Positions 1-17,369 of a stretch of DNA of 64,000 nt are shown piece after piece. Each line of letters starts with the position of its first letter. Position 1 is the stretch's first letter. Source of the DNA: Zygnema circumcarinatum SAG 698-1b (Eukaryota > Plantae > Zygnematophyceae); assembly GCA_037447605.1 (NCBI GenBank), contig CM074807.1, positions 3,484,829-3,548,828 on the forward strand, in the 5' to 3' direction. The position numbers and the translations under genes are program-made. The notes under the pieces were generated by a model. The model had not been told where the DNA came from. It saw nothing but the letters and a program-made list of their open reading frames with translations, and did not search any database.

Positions 1-1727
1 CTCCAAAAGTTAGAGTATCTGTGAGTTCTTATTTGGTTCCAGTCATTTTTTATTTAAAAAAAAAAAAAAAATGGAGGCTTTTTTTTTTGCTGCTTGAGTT
101 TTCCACGTTTTCGTGACATCTGAAGCTCATAGTGATGATGTAAAATTGAAATTGAAGAAGTGAGGGATTGAGTTTAACAACTTTGAAAAATTAACAATTG
201 TTTTTTGTTTTTGATTGACAAACATATATATATTTCTTTTTGTCGCAGACTCCTTAATTCCCTCGGCCTCGGGGGGAAAATTCCGACAGAAATTGGAAAT
301 CTGAAAAATCTTAAGTTTCTGTAAGCGCCAACTTCTCTTTATGAAAAAAGGAAGAAACAATTGAATTCAATCATGAATTGGCGCTGCTTGTGTGAAGACT
401 ATATAAGAAGAAGAAGAAGAAGAATTTTGTTTTATTTATTTCTTAAAATTTCACGTTTTTTTTCTGTTCGGTGGAGGGTGCAGTTTACTTGACGGAAACA
501 GTTTTACGGAATTGCCTTCAAGTGTCGGAAAATTGACGAATTTGGAAATCTTGTACGTCCCCCATTCAATACTTTTATTGCTTTGTAAATTTTTCGCTTT
601 CCCAATTTGAATTTGAATTTGACTGAAGGCAGCATCGTAAGAATCAAAACATTTCATTTTTTTTTCTTAGTAACAACATGGAAAAAAACCAATGGGAAAT
701 AGTCAAGTAGTGACGTCATTCTTTTTGACTCCAGAGCCCCAACTCGTTTTTTTTTGTGACACTAAAATCAGTGTTCGATTTGCTTGTTGCAATTTAATTT
801 AATTTTATTTATTATGTTTGCAAAATTTCTTACTACTGAAAATATTTCATCTTTGATTTGAATGCGGCGCAGATCTTGCTCCGACAACTTTCTGAAAGGC
901 TCAATTCCCAACGAAATCGGAAGCCTCTCAAATCTTAAGATCTTGTAAGTAAATTTTCATTTTGGAGCTCCTGAATTGTCTGAATCCGATTACATCTTAT
1001 TGTTTGACGAGTGTTCTTTGATTAAAAAAAAAAAATTGCTTTAAAAAAACATTGTCTAAAATGGTATTATCAGTGTACAAAACCTTTCCGCTTACTTTTG
1101 GAATTTCAAGCATTCAATTCTATTTTATATTCTATTTTATTTTCATTTTATTCTTTTTTTGTATTTTACTGAATCCATGTACGCTTTCTGCTTGAAATTG
1201 GGACTTTTTGCAGGGACTTTTCTGAAAATAAATTGAGCGGAAAAATTCCTCCGCCCGTTGTCAATCTGCCAAGCATATTTCTTTTGTGAGTTCTCCCTTC
1301 AGAGACTTTTTTTTGACGCCCCCCCCAAAAAAAAAAATAGGTGAACCCTAGAAAATCCCTAGTACAGCTGTACGAAAAAAGTTTAAGAGGCTTTATCATT
1401 TAAAAAAATGATAAGATAAAATGGAAAAATGAAATGGTAAAATGATAAAGGCGAGTGGGGGGGGGCTATTAACTGAAACATGTAGTAACTAATTCTCAAA
1501 AAAAAAAAAATTTATAATTGTTTTTGAACTGGCGATTCATGCCCGAATCTTTTTTTTTTTTTTTTTTTTTTTTTTTTGCAGATTATTGCCCAACAACACG
1601 CTGAACGGAAGCATTCCGATCAGATCTTCGAATCTGTCACCAATTTCTGCAGTGTGAGCGAAAGAAAGAAAGAAAGGAAAAAAAGATCCTTTGAAAGGTC
1701 TTTTGGTTTTGGGCACTTCATGGTTCC

Positions 1728-1759
<32 letters not shown>

Positions 1760-3521
1760 ATTGCTATGATTCGCATCATAAGGATTATAAGCTTAATCAA
1801 ACCTAATCTTAATCTTTGATTATTTTTACATACAGTATACGGTTCTGAATTACGCCTCTTATTCTTTCTTACATGTGAGCTGAAGTCTAGATGAGGTGGG
1901 GGTAACTTTAAGGACAACATCATCTTCGTATCTTTTTTATGGTAACCGAGCGAAATGTTTTTTTTCTTTTTTTTTTCAGGTATTTGAGCTCGAATGCGTT
2001 GACGGGTACAATTCCCAAATGGCTTTTCAACACATCGTTCTTGTGAGTTAGACTAAAACGCAGAACATAACAACACTGCATATTTTTACTTATTCTATCC
2101 TGCTTTGACGCTTTCTTTCTCATCGACTTTTTTCTTTCTCCGAGCCCCTTAACCTTTTACCTTTCAGTTACTTTCTCCCGCTGCCTCTCAGCCCCTAACT
2201 TGTAACACGCGCGAACTGCAGTTTTGCATTTTATTGAAGAGAGTGAGAAGGAGGGGGAGGGAAAGGGGGAGGGAAATAGAGCGAGAGGGAGGAAGGTATA
2301 GTAAAATGGGAAGGGGGAATGATGGAGGGAGAATGAAGAGAAGCAAGCAGAGGGAGTAGTTTTTAGGTTTTTCAGGGTGAAAGGAGGGCGGGATGGAGGG
2401 GAGGAGGGAGTGATGGTTTTCATCTTCCTGGACGGTTTCCTTGCAGGTACTTGGATTATAACAAACTGGTCGGCAAACTTCCGAAAATTCCAACTGGCTT
2501 GGTTGACTTGTAAGTCGATGGAGGTTAGAGAAAAGCAGCTCCTTTATTGTTCCACAAATGAGTGGGAAAATATTACACTCATTCCCTACTTCATAGGAAA
2601 ACCTAAAGCCACTGTTGAAAATCGGCAGTCACTGCTCCCAACTCGTCTGCTTGCTGCAAGTTCTGTATGCCGCTGCTGATACGTGCTGGAATACGATTGC
2701 TGATTTGAAGTTAAAACTAAATTAAGTGATAAAGTCGTCAAATGATACGGTGGTTTGCTGGTTATAAACTGGAAACTGGGTGTTCAAGGGCTGGTTTTGG
2801 CTAGATATGAACTTGTGACGCTTTGGGCAAGTTATGGTTCTCTACTTGCTGCATTTTTAAATCATAAACTATAAAATATTCCCTCCCATTCTCAACAATG
2901 CTGCACTCCTGCATGCTTGCAGAGATGTCTCCTCGAATTACCTGTCGGGAGAAGTCGTTACTCCAGCCAAGTCTGAGTCTCCAAAAACTCTCTACTTTGA
3001 CGGGAACTACTTCTCCAAAGTCACTGGAGGTGACCCGAGTGATGAAATTTTCGCCTCTGACAACTGCTTGTCCGCCGCGCAAGCGGAAGAGTTCGGAGCC
3101 CAAAGGTCCCCCAAAGAGTGCGAGAGCTTCTGCAACGCGCGGCAGCCGGGCGGTGCATGCGGACCGTACGGAATCTGCAAGGCCGCCGGCGCGAAGGGCC
3201 CGCCGACCTGCGCCTGCGAGAAGGGGTACTTCGCATTCGCCAACAACCAGTTCACGTGCGCTGAAGGTTGGGGCCCTTGCTCCTTCTCCAATGCTTTTTC
3301 CGTCTAGCGAGATGGGTTGTTTTTTTTTTTTTGTTTGTTGTTGTTGTTGCTGCAATTGGACTTTTGTGGTTGACGTTTGGCAATGTGTCGTAGATGCTTA
3401 TGGGTATTTTTCTAAAAACGCTGAAGGACAAACATAGTTCCTTTGAATGACAATGCATCATTTGGGGCGCTTTTGTTTAGTGGTCTTTGCAGGAAATGCT
3501 CCGCCACCGCCTCGAATGTGA
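1..3521 (+). CDS. Extracellular leucine-rich-repeat protein with C-terminal Cys-rich/EGF-like module (5' end outside window)
   Basis: Phase-2 exons each encoding one plant-type LRR: ..20, 249-320 (LNSLGLGGKIPTEIGNLKNLKFL), 484-552, 873-944 (SDNFLKGSIPNEIGSLSNLKIL), 1214-1285, 1582-1653, 1980-2042, 2447-2509. Then 2923-3266 (last LRRs, DNCL..QRSPKECESFC..CGPYGIC..CACEKGY..FTC) and 3493-3521 (GNAPPPPRM*). All GT-AG; four exons are exactly 72 nt. Confidence 0.9.
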
Positions 3522-5524
3522 CGGCGACACGAGGCAGAGTTGCCGCAGACATGAGAGTATGGCTTTGGCTTGAGTCAACCACAAACATGAGCATAAGCAT
3601 AAGCATAGGGTGCTCTCGCTGAGTGATGGTAAGCTCGATGAGGGAAGGTGTTAAGGGCACGCTACAAGGCGTAGTATGTCGTGTACTAAACCGCCTCACC
3701 TCGTTGTTACGTGATGACATTTACTTACTTACTATTTACTTACTATTGTGCGCTTGCTGATATGCATGGAAGCACAATGTGCGTCATGCGCATGAAAAGT
3801 ATGTTAAAAACCCTTTCACATGAGCATAGATGCATTGACTATGTGTTGACCTATCGTTGACTATTCGTTGACCATATCAAGCACACATGACACCATTGGA
3901 TTTCATATAAGAAATTGAGGCAATTGAGATGGCAGTAGTCCATGGCATGGGGGGTGCCAACATGGCACTGCCATGAGGCCCCCGTACGGACTGGTGTACG
4001 GGCTGTACGGTATTTCTAATTCTATTTAGATAGGAAAAATCTATTCTCACACCTTTTTTGTCTACACACAGATCTTTTTCCGCCGGGCAAGTTCTATTTT
4101 AGAAAAAAAATGATTAAAAACGAAAAATTATTTTTCTACACCTTTTTTGCCGAAAACACAACAACAAAAAACGATGGGAGAAAAAGAAATGAGGTCAAGA
4201 TTAGATTGTGAGAGTGGCCAATACACAGGTTTTGAGAGGGACCAACACAACCCTAAATACACCCTAATAACCTTAAAAAAACCCAAACCCTCGAAAGGAG
4301 TCCGGTGGCTTGATGCTGAGAGGATGACCATGACACTGATGATGATGATGGTGATGGTGATGACCATGTAACTGCATGGGCACAGCCAATACGCGACGAT
4401 GGCATGACCACTGTGTGACACTTAAATAAAGCATACCATGAGTGATGGCAGTTTTAGGCAGACCTTAACTAGGACTGGCTCAGCCGCTAAGTACTAGATA
4501 GGAGATACCCTGGCTTCTGTGGGTCGTTATAAATGTTTTATTCTGGCAGATGATGATGAGTCGGATGCACATCGATGGCTTCAGGGACCAATCACCATCG
4601 CAGATGGACGGCCACCATGTATGTGAGCCTAACTGAAAGCGACGGATGATTTGTGTGCCTCTCGCCCCTCCGTCTCCCACTCTCCCCTCCCCATCCATCC
4701 CCAACCACCAGCTCCATCTGTTCCCCTCTCACCCTGTGGTTGCTCCACTAGTCTCTTAAGCTTCTCCCAGTCCCTTGCGACCCGTCCTCCTCTTGCAGCC
4801 CATGTCCCATTCAGTCCCTCTCCCTCGCCCTCTCCCGCCCCTTCCTCCTTGCCCCACTATCCACATTATTGATCTCCCAGGGCTCCGCATCCACAGCTCT
4901 CCCTTAGCATCCGCTCCCTCCCGCCCCTCTCCCTCTCCCTGAGTCTCTCGGGTTTCTCGGGTTTTTCGGGTTTCTCTCTCTGAGTTTCTCCTTTCCTCCT
5001 CTCCCTTTTACCTTTCTTCCATCCTCCCCTCTCACTCTCCCCCCACTCAGTTCCCTCTCACTCCCCCTCTCTCCCCCCTCACTGTCGCTCCGCCTCCTTT
5101 TCTTCACCTTCCCACCCCTGATTCTCCATCCTCCCATCTCACCTCCGCCATCCGCATATCATACTGTAACTCCTAGCATTACGAACCAAGAAAGGGAGGT
5201 CCAATAAACAAATTAGAGGGGTTCCTTCCCTGACACGGCTCCAAAGAGCCTCTTTATGAAAGTGAAGAGAGCGGAGACCCTCTCCGGTTACACCGCCCAA
5301 ATGACAAAAGTCATATGCCTGCTCTACAAAAATAAAGCTACTGACTCCAAATTTCCGTACTACAAACACGCTATTTTCCAACCGCCTGTTACCTTAATAC
5401 TAACTTTACACTCGAGTCATGATTTTTTCGACTTCCTATCTGTACAGGGTACCTGTGCTTTCCATGCTCTCTTGTCCGTTAAACAGCCCCATATTGCCAC
5501 CTCCCCGACAGAATAGAACGGCCT

Positions 5525-7635
5525 CTAGGTTGGATAGTCCGCATTGATGCCGAAAATGCGGACTTTATGAAGGAAAGGCATTTTGGCGATGATCAGTGTG
5601 AACACTACGACTGTGTTCAGAAGCAGAATCGCGCTTGAATATTCAGATTCCCGCATTGTATAAGAGGCTATGGCATATCTGCAAAAGGAGAAATAGCACC
5701 GAAAGGGAATAGTCGTAGCATGTATGAGAGCCATAAAGATGCTAAGTTTGTGTATGCAGTTGAGTCACAAAGAATCATTCCCTTGGCCTGGCAAACTTAT
5801 GAGAAAAGAAGCTCACGGAAATAAAAGAGACGTTATGGCAACCTCTCTTTGTAGCACCTATTATAGAAAATAAACTACTAGACAATCTCAGGCCACATCC
5901 ACATCAAAAGCCCGTCAGGTTGATCTCCGTTCAAGATTAGATCACTGATCATGTACAGCTGCTATGCGTGGCTCCAACAAAGACAAAGAAGAGCCTATTT
6001 ACTCACAATATCACGGGCACAAACGTGAGAAATTTCCGATTCCGAGTCAACTGCCGGCCTCCATCCACCTGCTCCCACCATGTCAGTTTGTCGTACATCC
6101 CCTGGTCCTCTGCAAACGGAGACCCCTTTTTCCAATGGAAAAGATAAAATGTAACCTGCAGGCAACGAAATCGGTCTTAGATTTAACTTCAATATTCAAT
6201 CCAGTGGTATCAACATGTTAGAACATTCGTAGAATATGTGAAGAGGTGCACTTCCGAAATCTTATGAGCAAGCTATGCAACAATAGATACAGACACATGC
6301 CAACGATACCAGCACTACTGTGTGACCAAAATCATGCTCTAATAGGAAGAAGACATGGAAACACGGCTGCTGCAACACGGGCATCATTTTTCGGGTTTCT
6401 ATAAGTGGGTTTCCATTGAAGGTGCTCAATGGAGTCCCGCCTCAAATGTTTGTTCTGGTGGGTTCGGCTAAAAACCAAGTAGCAGGAAAAGAAACATAAT
6501 GATCACACGATCGACAACTAATGTATTTTTTGTAACCTTCAGTAGCTAACGACCAATAGATAAATATTTTCTTTCGTAATCTCCCTCGCGCTCCATTTCA
6601 AAAACTCCGCTGTAAGGTGGTCTAGTAGTGACAGCACAGATATTTTCCAAACCAAACTTAATACCAGCATTAAGTTTAGAGTTTCGGTCCTCTGCGCAAT
6701 CGACAAAGGCTACAGAAAGAGAAAAAAAATGCTATGACATGAAGAGACTTGAGGAGCTATATTCTGCCAAAAGCTGTAAAACCATTCAGCTTACGGGGTA
6801 GATACTCCTTAAAGCACTTTCCGAACATCCGTGCCAGATTATGGACATGCTACTTTGACTGGAGCTTCAGAAGTGAAGAGGAAGAAAATGATGTGAATGT
6901 TCAGAAAATGTCAAATGCTTCCAGAACTCATTCGTACTAGCGAGGAAAGGGGAGGACGAGGGAAAGAGGCAGAGATGCGACACAAAAGCAAGTGAAGAGG
7001 GAGAGGGGGTGGGAGAGAGAGAGAGAGAGAGGGCGAGAGACAGAGAGAGAGAGTGACTGCAGGAAGCTTGTAAAAGGCCTAAGGAAAAAGTATGAAATAG
7101 TTCGTGAAACAAAAAAACTTGTAACAAATCTGAAAAGAACAGAAAGAAGAAGGTATTCGCGGAATGGAAGCCGCCAGCCGGTCTTGAACTAAAATCAAAA
7201 CTTGAAAAGCAAACAGAGAGCAAAAAACTGCGCAAAACCTACCACAAAGTGAATGAGATTCACGAGATTCCACGCCGTTCCAATACTGCAACGAAGCACC
7301 GACAATATGATGAGCCATGCCAACAAGACGATGACGAAATACATGGTCCAAACGCCCGGGTAAAGAAACCACGAGGTGTTCTTGTTCACATCTATGGGCG
7401 GCTGCGTCTTGATCAGGAAGGGCCCGCTCGGCATGTACGAAGACTGAGGGCTGCGAGGGCTTCCAGGATGCGCTTGGGGAGGAGGCCTCTGATGCAATCC
7501 TGCAGCGGCGGAGGATGACGATATTGAAGCAGATATTGAAGGTTTGGAAGATTCCAGAGGAAAGGATGATGCATCCATGAGAGTATCTGCTCCATCAAAC
7601 TCGTCTGGAGCCGTTGCAACTCGCCAGAGAGGCAT
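5525..7635 (-). CDS. ORM: ORMDL/ORM sphingolipid biosynthesis regulator
   Basis: Exons 7635-7243, 6155-6007, 5678-5525 splice in frame. Motifs DVNKNTSWFLYPGVW, FHWKKGSPFAEDQG, LTWWEQVDGGRQLTRNRKFLTFVP, HKVRIFGINAD. Start codon uncertain: an internal Met (MPSGPFLIK) matches the land-plant start. Confidence 0.95.
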
Positions 7636-8369
7636 GTTAGCAGCGAAGGAAGACCCTTTCAGATTGCAGATTTCAGTTCAGTAATGTAAATAATGCGAGA
7701 ATATTGGAGCGATAAAGAGCAAGTGAAGTGATGTTAGATCAGATGCAGGGTTCGATGGACGATAAGATGAAATTAGGGTTTGCAGAGGGAGCTGAGTGCT
7801 CGCCCTTGACCCTCCGAAGCTGGCAAGCTTTGCCTTTGAAGGGACAGCGAAGGGCGTGATCCATGCTAAAAATCCGTTGAACTGGTCGGAAATTCCGTAC
7901 ATGTAACCGTTCTTGGATCTGCTGGACACGCGTCATTGGGCACATCGTGGCCGTTGGATGTGTCACGTGGCACAATCGGACGGTCTGAACTGCCCGTCAA
8001 GTCGTTTTGGCCTCGCAGGTGGAGTGACTGTTACTTTTCTGATATTTTCTGTAGTTTTTGTCCGGTGACCCATTATGGAATTTTTTCAATGCCCGAAAAA
8101 ACTTTTTCATGCACAATGGGTAAAACAACATTTTTAAAAACGTTACGGGGAGATATCCACTGTTGGATCTTTTAATCGGACGGTTGATATGCCCGAGATC
8201 CTGCAAAAGATCATTTTAACGAGAAAAACAATTTCATAGATGGCCAAAAAGATGCGGGCATCTCTCCAGGCAGATTCCTACGAAACCTCCATCGCCCGTT
8301 TCGTACAAACTGGACACGTACAAACCGGTTTCTCACAAAAAACTCAGAAATATCCACATAAAAAGGGAT

Positions 8370-8505
8370 TACTATTTTCACACCTTTTTATATAGATACA
8401 CACCTTTTTGAAAAAAAAACCCCAGTACCATAAAAACCCTACGACAAAATCTGACTGGAGAAGAAAGATGTGTATCTATACAAAAAAGGTGTGAAAATAG
8501 CACCC
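8370..8505. mobile_element. MITE-like hairpin element (family A)
   Basis: Arms ctattttcacacctttttatatagatacac (~8373-8402) and gtgtatctatacaaaaaaggtgtgaaaatag (~8470-8500) are inverted repeats; a homologous copy lies at ~49400-49530. Confidence 0.6.
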
Positions 8506-8756
8506 TCCTATAAAAAAAAATGCAGACTCAGTCACACATTTTCAGTTCCGTCCCCACATGGATCCTATGTCTCAAATCCCGTTGTGTTCGTACAGGACGG
8601 ATACGTCCACGTGGCGTTCCCTACAGTACAGTATGTTCGTCCCGTGCAACCAAGGACAGGTCCGTACGGAAGGATCCGTTCTCCTCCAGAAGGGGGAGCA
8701 AAACCATAACCCTAATTTCTGAGGGCCGCTGAACCCTAACCCTAATTTCGGTCGCC

Positions 8757-13682
<4,926 letters not shown>

Positions 13683-14202
13683 TCAATGGTGAGGGGGACA
13701 AGGGGGAAGGGAGAGGGGGTAGCAGTAGAGAGTGAGGGAGAGGTAGAGTGAGATAGGCATTGAGAAAGATACGGAGGTAGACATGTGAAGGAAGAGGTGT
13801 AGTGTAGAGCGTCCATTGTGACTTTTCATTGGCTATTGTTGTTATAATTTCGTAATGTGACACTTGGATTTTTTTGAAGTTATCAAGCAATGGGAATACG
13901 AAACGTGCCAGCATGTGTTACAGTGTACGCAAGAGGAGACTTGGAGACGAAGTTCAAATATGTCTTTTCGTTGGCGTGAAAGACATCTGCATGTGAATCA
14001 GTGTCCAATAGCCTGACCCTGACCCTGATAATCTAACCCTTATATCCAACGGCGGAACACGACTCATATAGAACGGTTCAACACCCAGAGGACAGAGACC
14101 AGAGCAGACCAGGCAGCCGTCCACATAGAAACTCTATGTAAGCTCTACAAATACTCCACTACCTCCCCTCTCTCTCTATCGCTCTCTCGCTCTCTCAATC
14201 TT

Positions 14203-17200
14203 TCACTTCGATAGATCGGTGTCGTTAGGACTGTTGGCATCTCCCTCCTTAGTCCCATACGTAATGTAATTCACAGCAAGGTCTTCGCTCAGCCCCCACT
14301 TCCACGTCAAGGGGTCGAACACCATCCCTGCAATTTCCTCCATCTGAAGATTTTTCCAAGGCAGCACAAAACCACGAGTAAGAGGGCAAAGAAACCACGA
14401 GTACATGTTTGCTCCTCAGGACAGTAGTGAACTTGAAGCCCTAAAATCCTCAATTATCTTCAGAGTCTCTGACCCCTACATAATTTGGTGCCTCCCCCCC
14501 CCCCCTTTTTTCTCTTTCTTCCTTCTCGGTTGCCGATGAAGCTCGATTTGACTGTATTGCTAGATTGTGGGGTTAGGGTTAGGGTTAGGATTAAGGTTTT
14601 GCAGAATTGGGTTTTAGAGTTTTTTGCAATACCTTCAGCCCTGATCGAGTCATGAGAAGAGCCGTCTCCTGCGGAGTTACAAATCGCGACCAATCGTGGG
14701 TGCCGGGTGGAAGCTGGAAACGAGAAAAAATGTACCAACAAAAAATCAAAATAAATAAAGACATAAATTTGAAATAAAACAAGTAAATAAAGGATAAGCA
14801 GGTCTACAACAGGGCCGACAACCAAAAAAAAAAAAAAAAATTGTAACATAAGTTCACAAGCAAGTCAAGATCAGTAGTTTATAAAAGGACCAAAATTGGT
14901 TTTGCGCACCCATCTGAGAGCATACTCCGCCGCCGCGATGGCGAGTGCATATGAACGCACAGTTCTGTTGAGCGTAGAAACTGCAACTGCTCCTCCCGGC
15001 CTGCATAGAGCGCCGAGGGCCTTCATGAACTCCAGGGGCTCTGCCACGTGTTCTATCACCTGTGCGCCAAACATTCTCCACTGTACAGTTAACCGTTACA
15101 GTTACAGTTACAGTTACAGTTACAGTTACAGTTACAGTTACAGTTACAATCTTCAGTTCAATTGTCCCTCTGAACAAAGGTGCTTGCTCATACTTCCAAG
15201 TGCGGTTTTTTTCAGCATCTGCATTGCTTTTAGGGTTTGCAGAAGCGTAAAAACTAACTGCATTCAGTTCCGCATTGAGGGAAACTTCAACTTCATACCT
15301 AACTATGAGTCAACCACAGTTTGGATCTCTGGCAGGGTTAACCCGCGGATCCACCTCACCTCAAGTGCGAACACGGCATCGAAAGTTTTGCCCTCCTCCA
15401 CCAGCTCCTCTGTTCAACCCTCTGCCACCCTCTGTAGTACTCATTCTCAATTCCACACAGACTATAAACAAGTCAAGTCAGGTCAAGTTAAGTCAAGCCA
15501 AGTCAGCTCGAGTCAGTTCAGTTCAGGTCAGGTCTAAGATGTCAAATCAAACCAAGTCAGGCCAAGTCAAGTCAAGTCTAGCCTAAAAAGTCAAGTCAAG
15601 TCAAGTCAAGTCAAGGAAGTTTAGTCATGGAGGGTCAACTTACCAGCAGTAGAACATATGTACTCAATGGACTCCGTTATGGGATCTTTGGCCTACAACT
15701 TCAAGGGAGCCCCATCACATAAATTTTAGTTAAGATAAATGGACAGAAACATAGATTACATTCACTAATCCTTCATCTCCCTCTCTTCCCTCCTCTCCCT
15801 CTCCCTCTCTCTCGCCCTCCAGCTTAAGAATCACTGCTTTTAAGATAGCGGTGACTGCAGATGTTCCATCATTCGGAAGCTACTATTGAATAGAAGTTGT
15901 CACATTGACTGCTTAAAACAAACAACTATATAAAACTAGAAACAGAAGGCATAACCTATTTTTCAGTACATTCAAGCCCATTTTCCGTACCGCATGCACA
16001 GCCGCCACCTTCACATTCCGTTCAGATGCATCCAATCCGACCACTGTCGCTCCAAGGCGAGCCAAAGGCTGATGAAAATACAAAAAAGAAACTTTTTTAA
16101 CAAAGGATACGTTTGTCAAGCTCGGCTGTTTTCATAAGAGGGTTGTCTTAAGGACTAATGTATTGGTGGTGAATTTCCAACGACGGTCTTTTGTAGGGTT
16201 AAAGATGCACAGAAGTTCAGTATGGGCTGTTCTGCAAGTGATAGCAAACTTGGGAAAGGCAAATTTCAGGGATTAGGGTTCAGAAATGGTCTGTTGCTGC
16301 CTTCCTGAGTTCTGCGGAGACCCTGTTCACACCTGATCCAGTTCAGATTAGGGCTGAAAAAAGCACCTCGCAGAGGAGGCCCCCTCCGCAGCCAACATCG
16401 ATTACTCGAAGACCAGTGAAAGGACGAAGCTCACTTTCTTCTCTTCTGTTGGCCCCCTCCCTCCAAAGCAAAGCTTCTAATGCATGAAAAGGACGAAAAA
16501 GAAGAGGGGGGGGAGGGGAGAGTGGAAAATTTTTGGAGAGAAAATGAATGGTATCTCTCTCGCTTTATTCATGCTCCTCCCCCTCGCTTCACCCCTCTCC
16601 CCTCCTTATTGTCAGTCCTCCCTCTTCAATCTCTCCTCGCCGCTCTCTCCTGCCTTCCTCCCTTCTCCCTCCTTCGCCCCTTTGTCCCTCCTTCCTCTCT
16701 CCTTGGATAATCCATGCACTGACCCAAAGTGACGGCAGAGCGCAGATTTCAAGAAGGAGAGTCGTGTTGGGTTCATTGCATGGAGTCCCTTGTGCATGCC
16801 ATTAATATCCCACCTAAATGTCAACACCACAGAAAAAAAAATATATAATGAGAGAGAGATAGAGAGAGAGAGAGATAACGTAAGTTTACTCAGAACTCGT
16901 CTATTCCTCCGCGACAATTCTGTTCAGATGGACTGCTTACATGTGCATGGAAACTGTCCCCTTTGTTCCTGCTCTCCATTGGATTTCTTAAAAAATTTGC
17001 ACTTTCTATGGTTTGTTATATTGAAGCTTTCACTACCAATTCCATGTGTCACCCATCCTCTCACCAGGAATCGGCAACTGCAGAAAACTTGGCGACCTCC
17101 TTCGGGTCAACAGTGCTTGCGAGGGGCCGCCTCTTTGTGGCATTTGGGGACACAGTCTCTGAGGAGGCCCTTCTGAACACTTGACCTAATCTTGAATGAG

Positions 17201-17369
17201 GGGTCAAGGGCAATGGTTCAGCTAAAGAAGGCGCTAAAGTTGGTGCGCTGACTGCCCCTGTTCGACCTCCGCTGCCAGCGGAGCCATGGTGAATGCTGCA
17301 GGACTGCCATAGCCAGAGCTTGGAAATCGATGGGGATTTTGCAAAGGAATATTTTGGTTGACGATACAT
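14203..17369 (-). CDS. COQ3: Ubiquinone biosynthesis O-methyltransferase (UbiG/COQ3)
   Basis: Exons 17369(start uncertain)-17065, 16813-16724, 16445-16367, 16068-15991, 15692-15644, 15409-15360, 15059-14910, 14713-14633, 14343-14203 with consistent phases. Motifs [66 protein letters not shown]. Confidence 0.95.
15088..15147. repeat. (GTTACA)n hexamer microsatellite in COQ3 intron
   Basis: About ten tandem gttaca units. Confidence 0.95.
15465..15615. repeat. Degenerate (GTCAA)n pentamer repeat in COQ3 intron
   Basis: caagt/gtcaa/gtcag units in tandem. Confidence 0.9.

Noticed and set aside
2801-3437. Track ORFs 2801-3355 (-) and 2898-3437 (+)
   Set aside because: Shadow frames of the GC-rich LRR/EGF exon 2923-3266.
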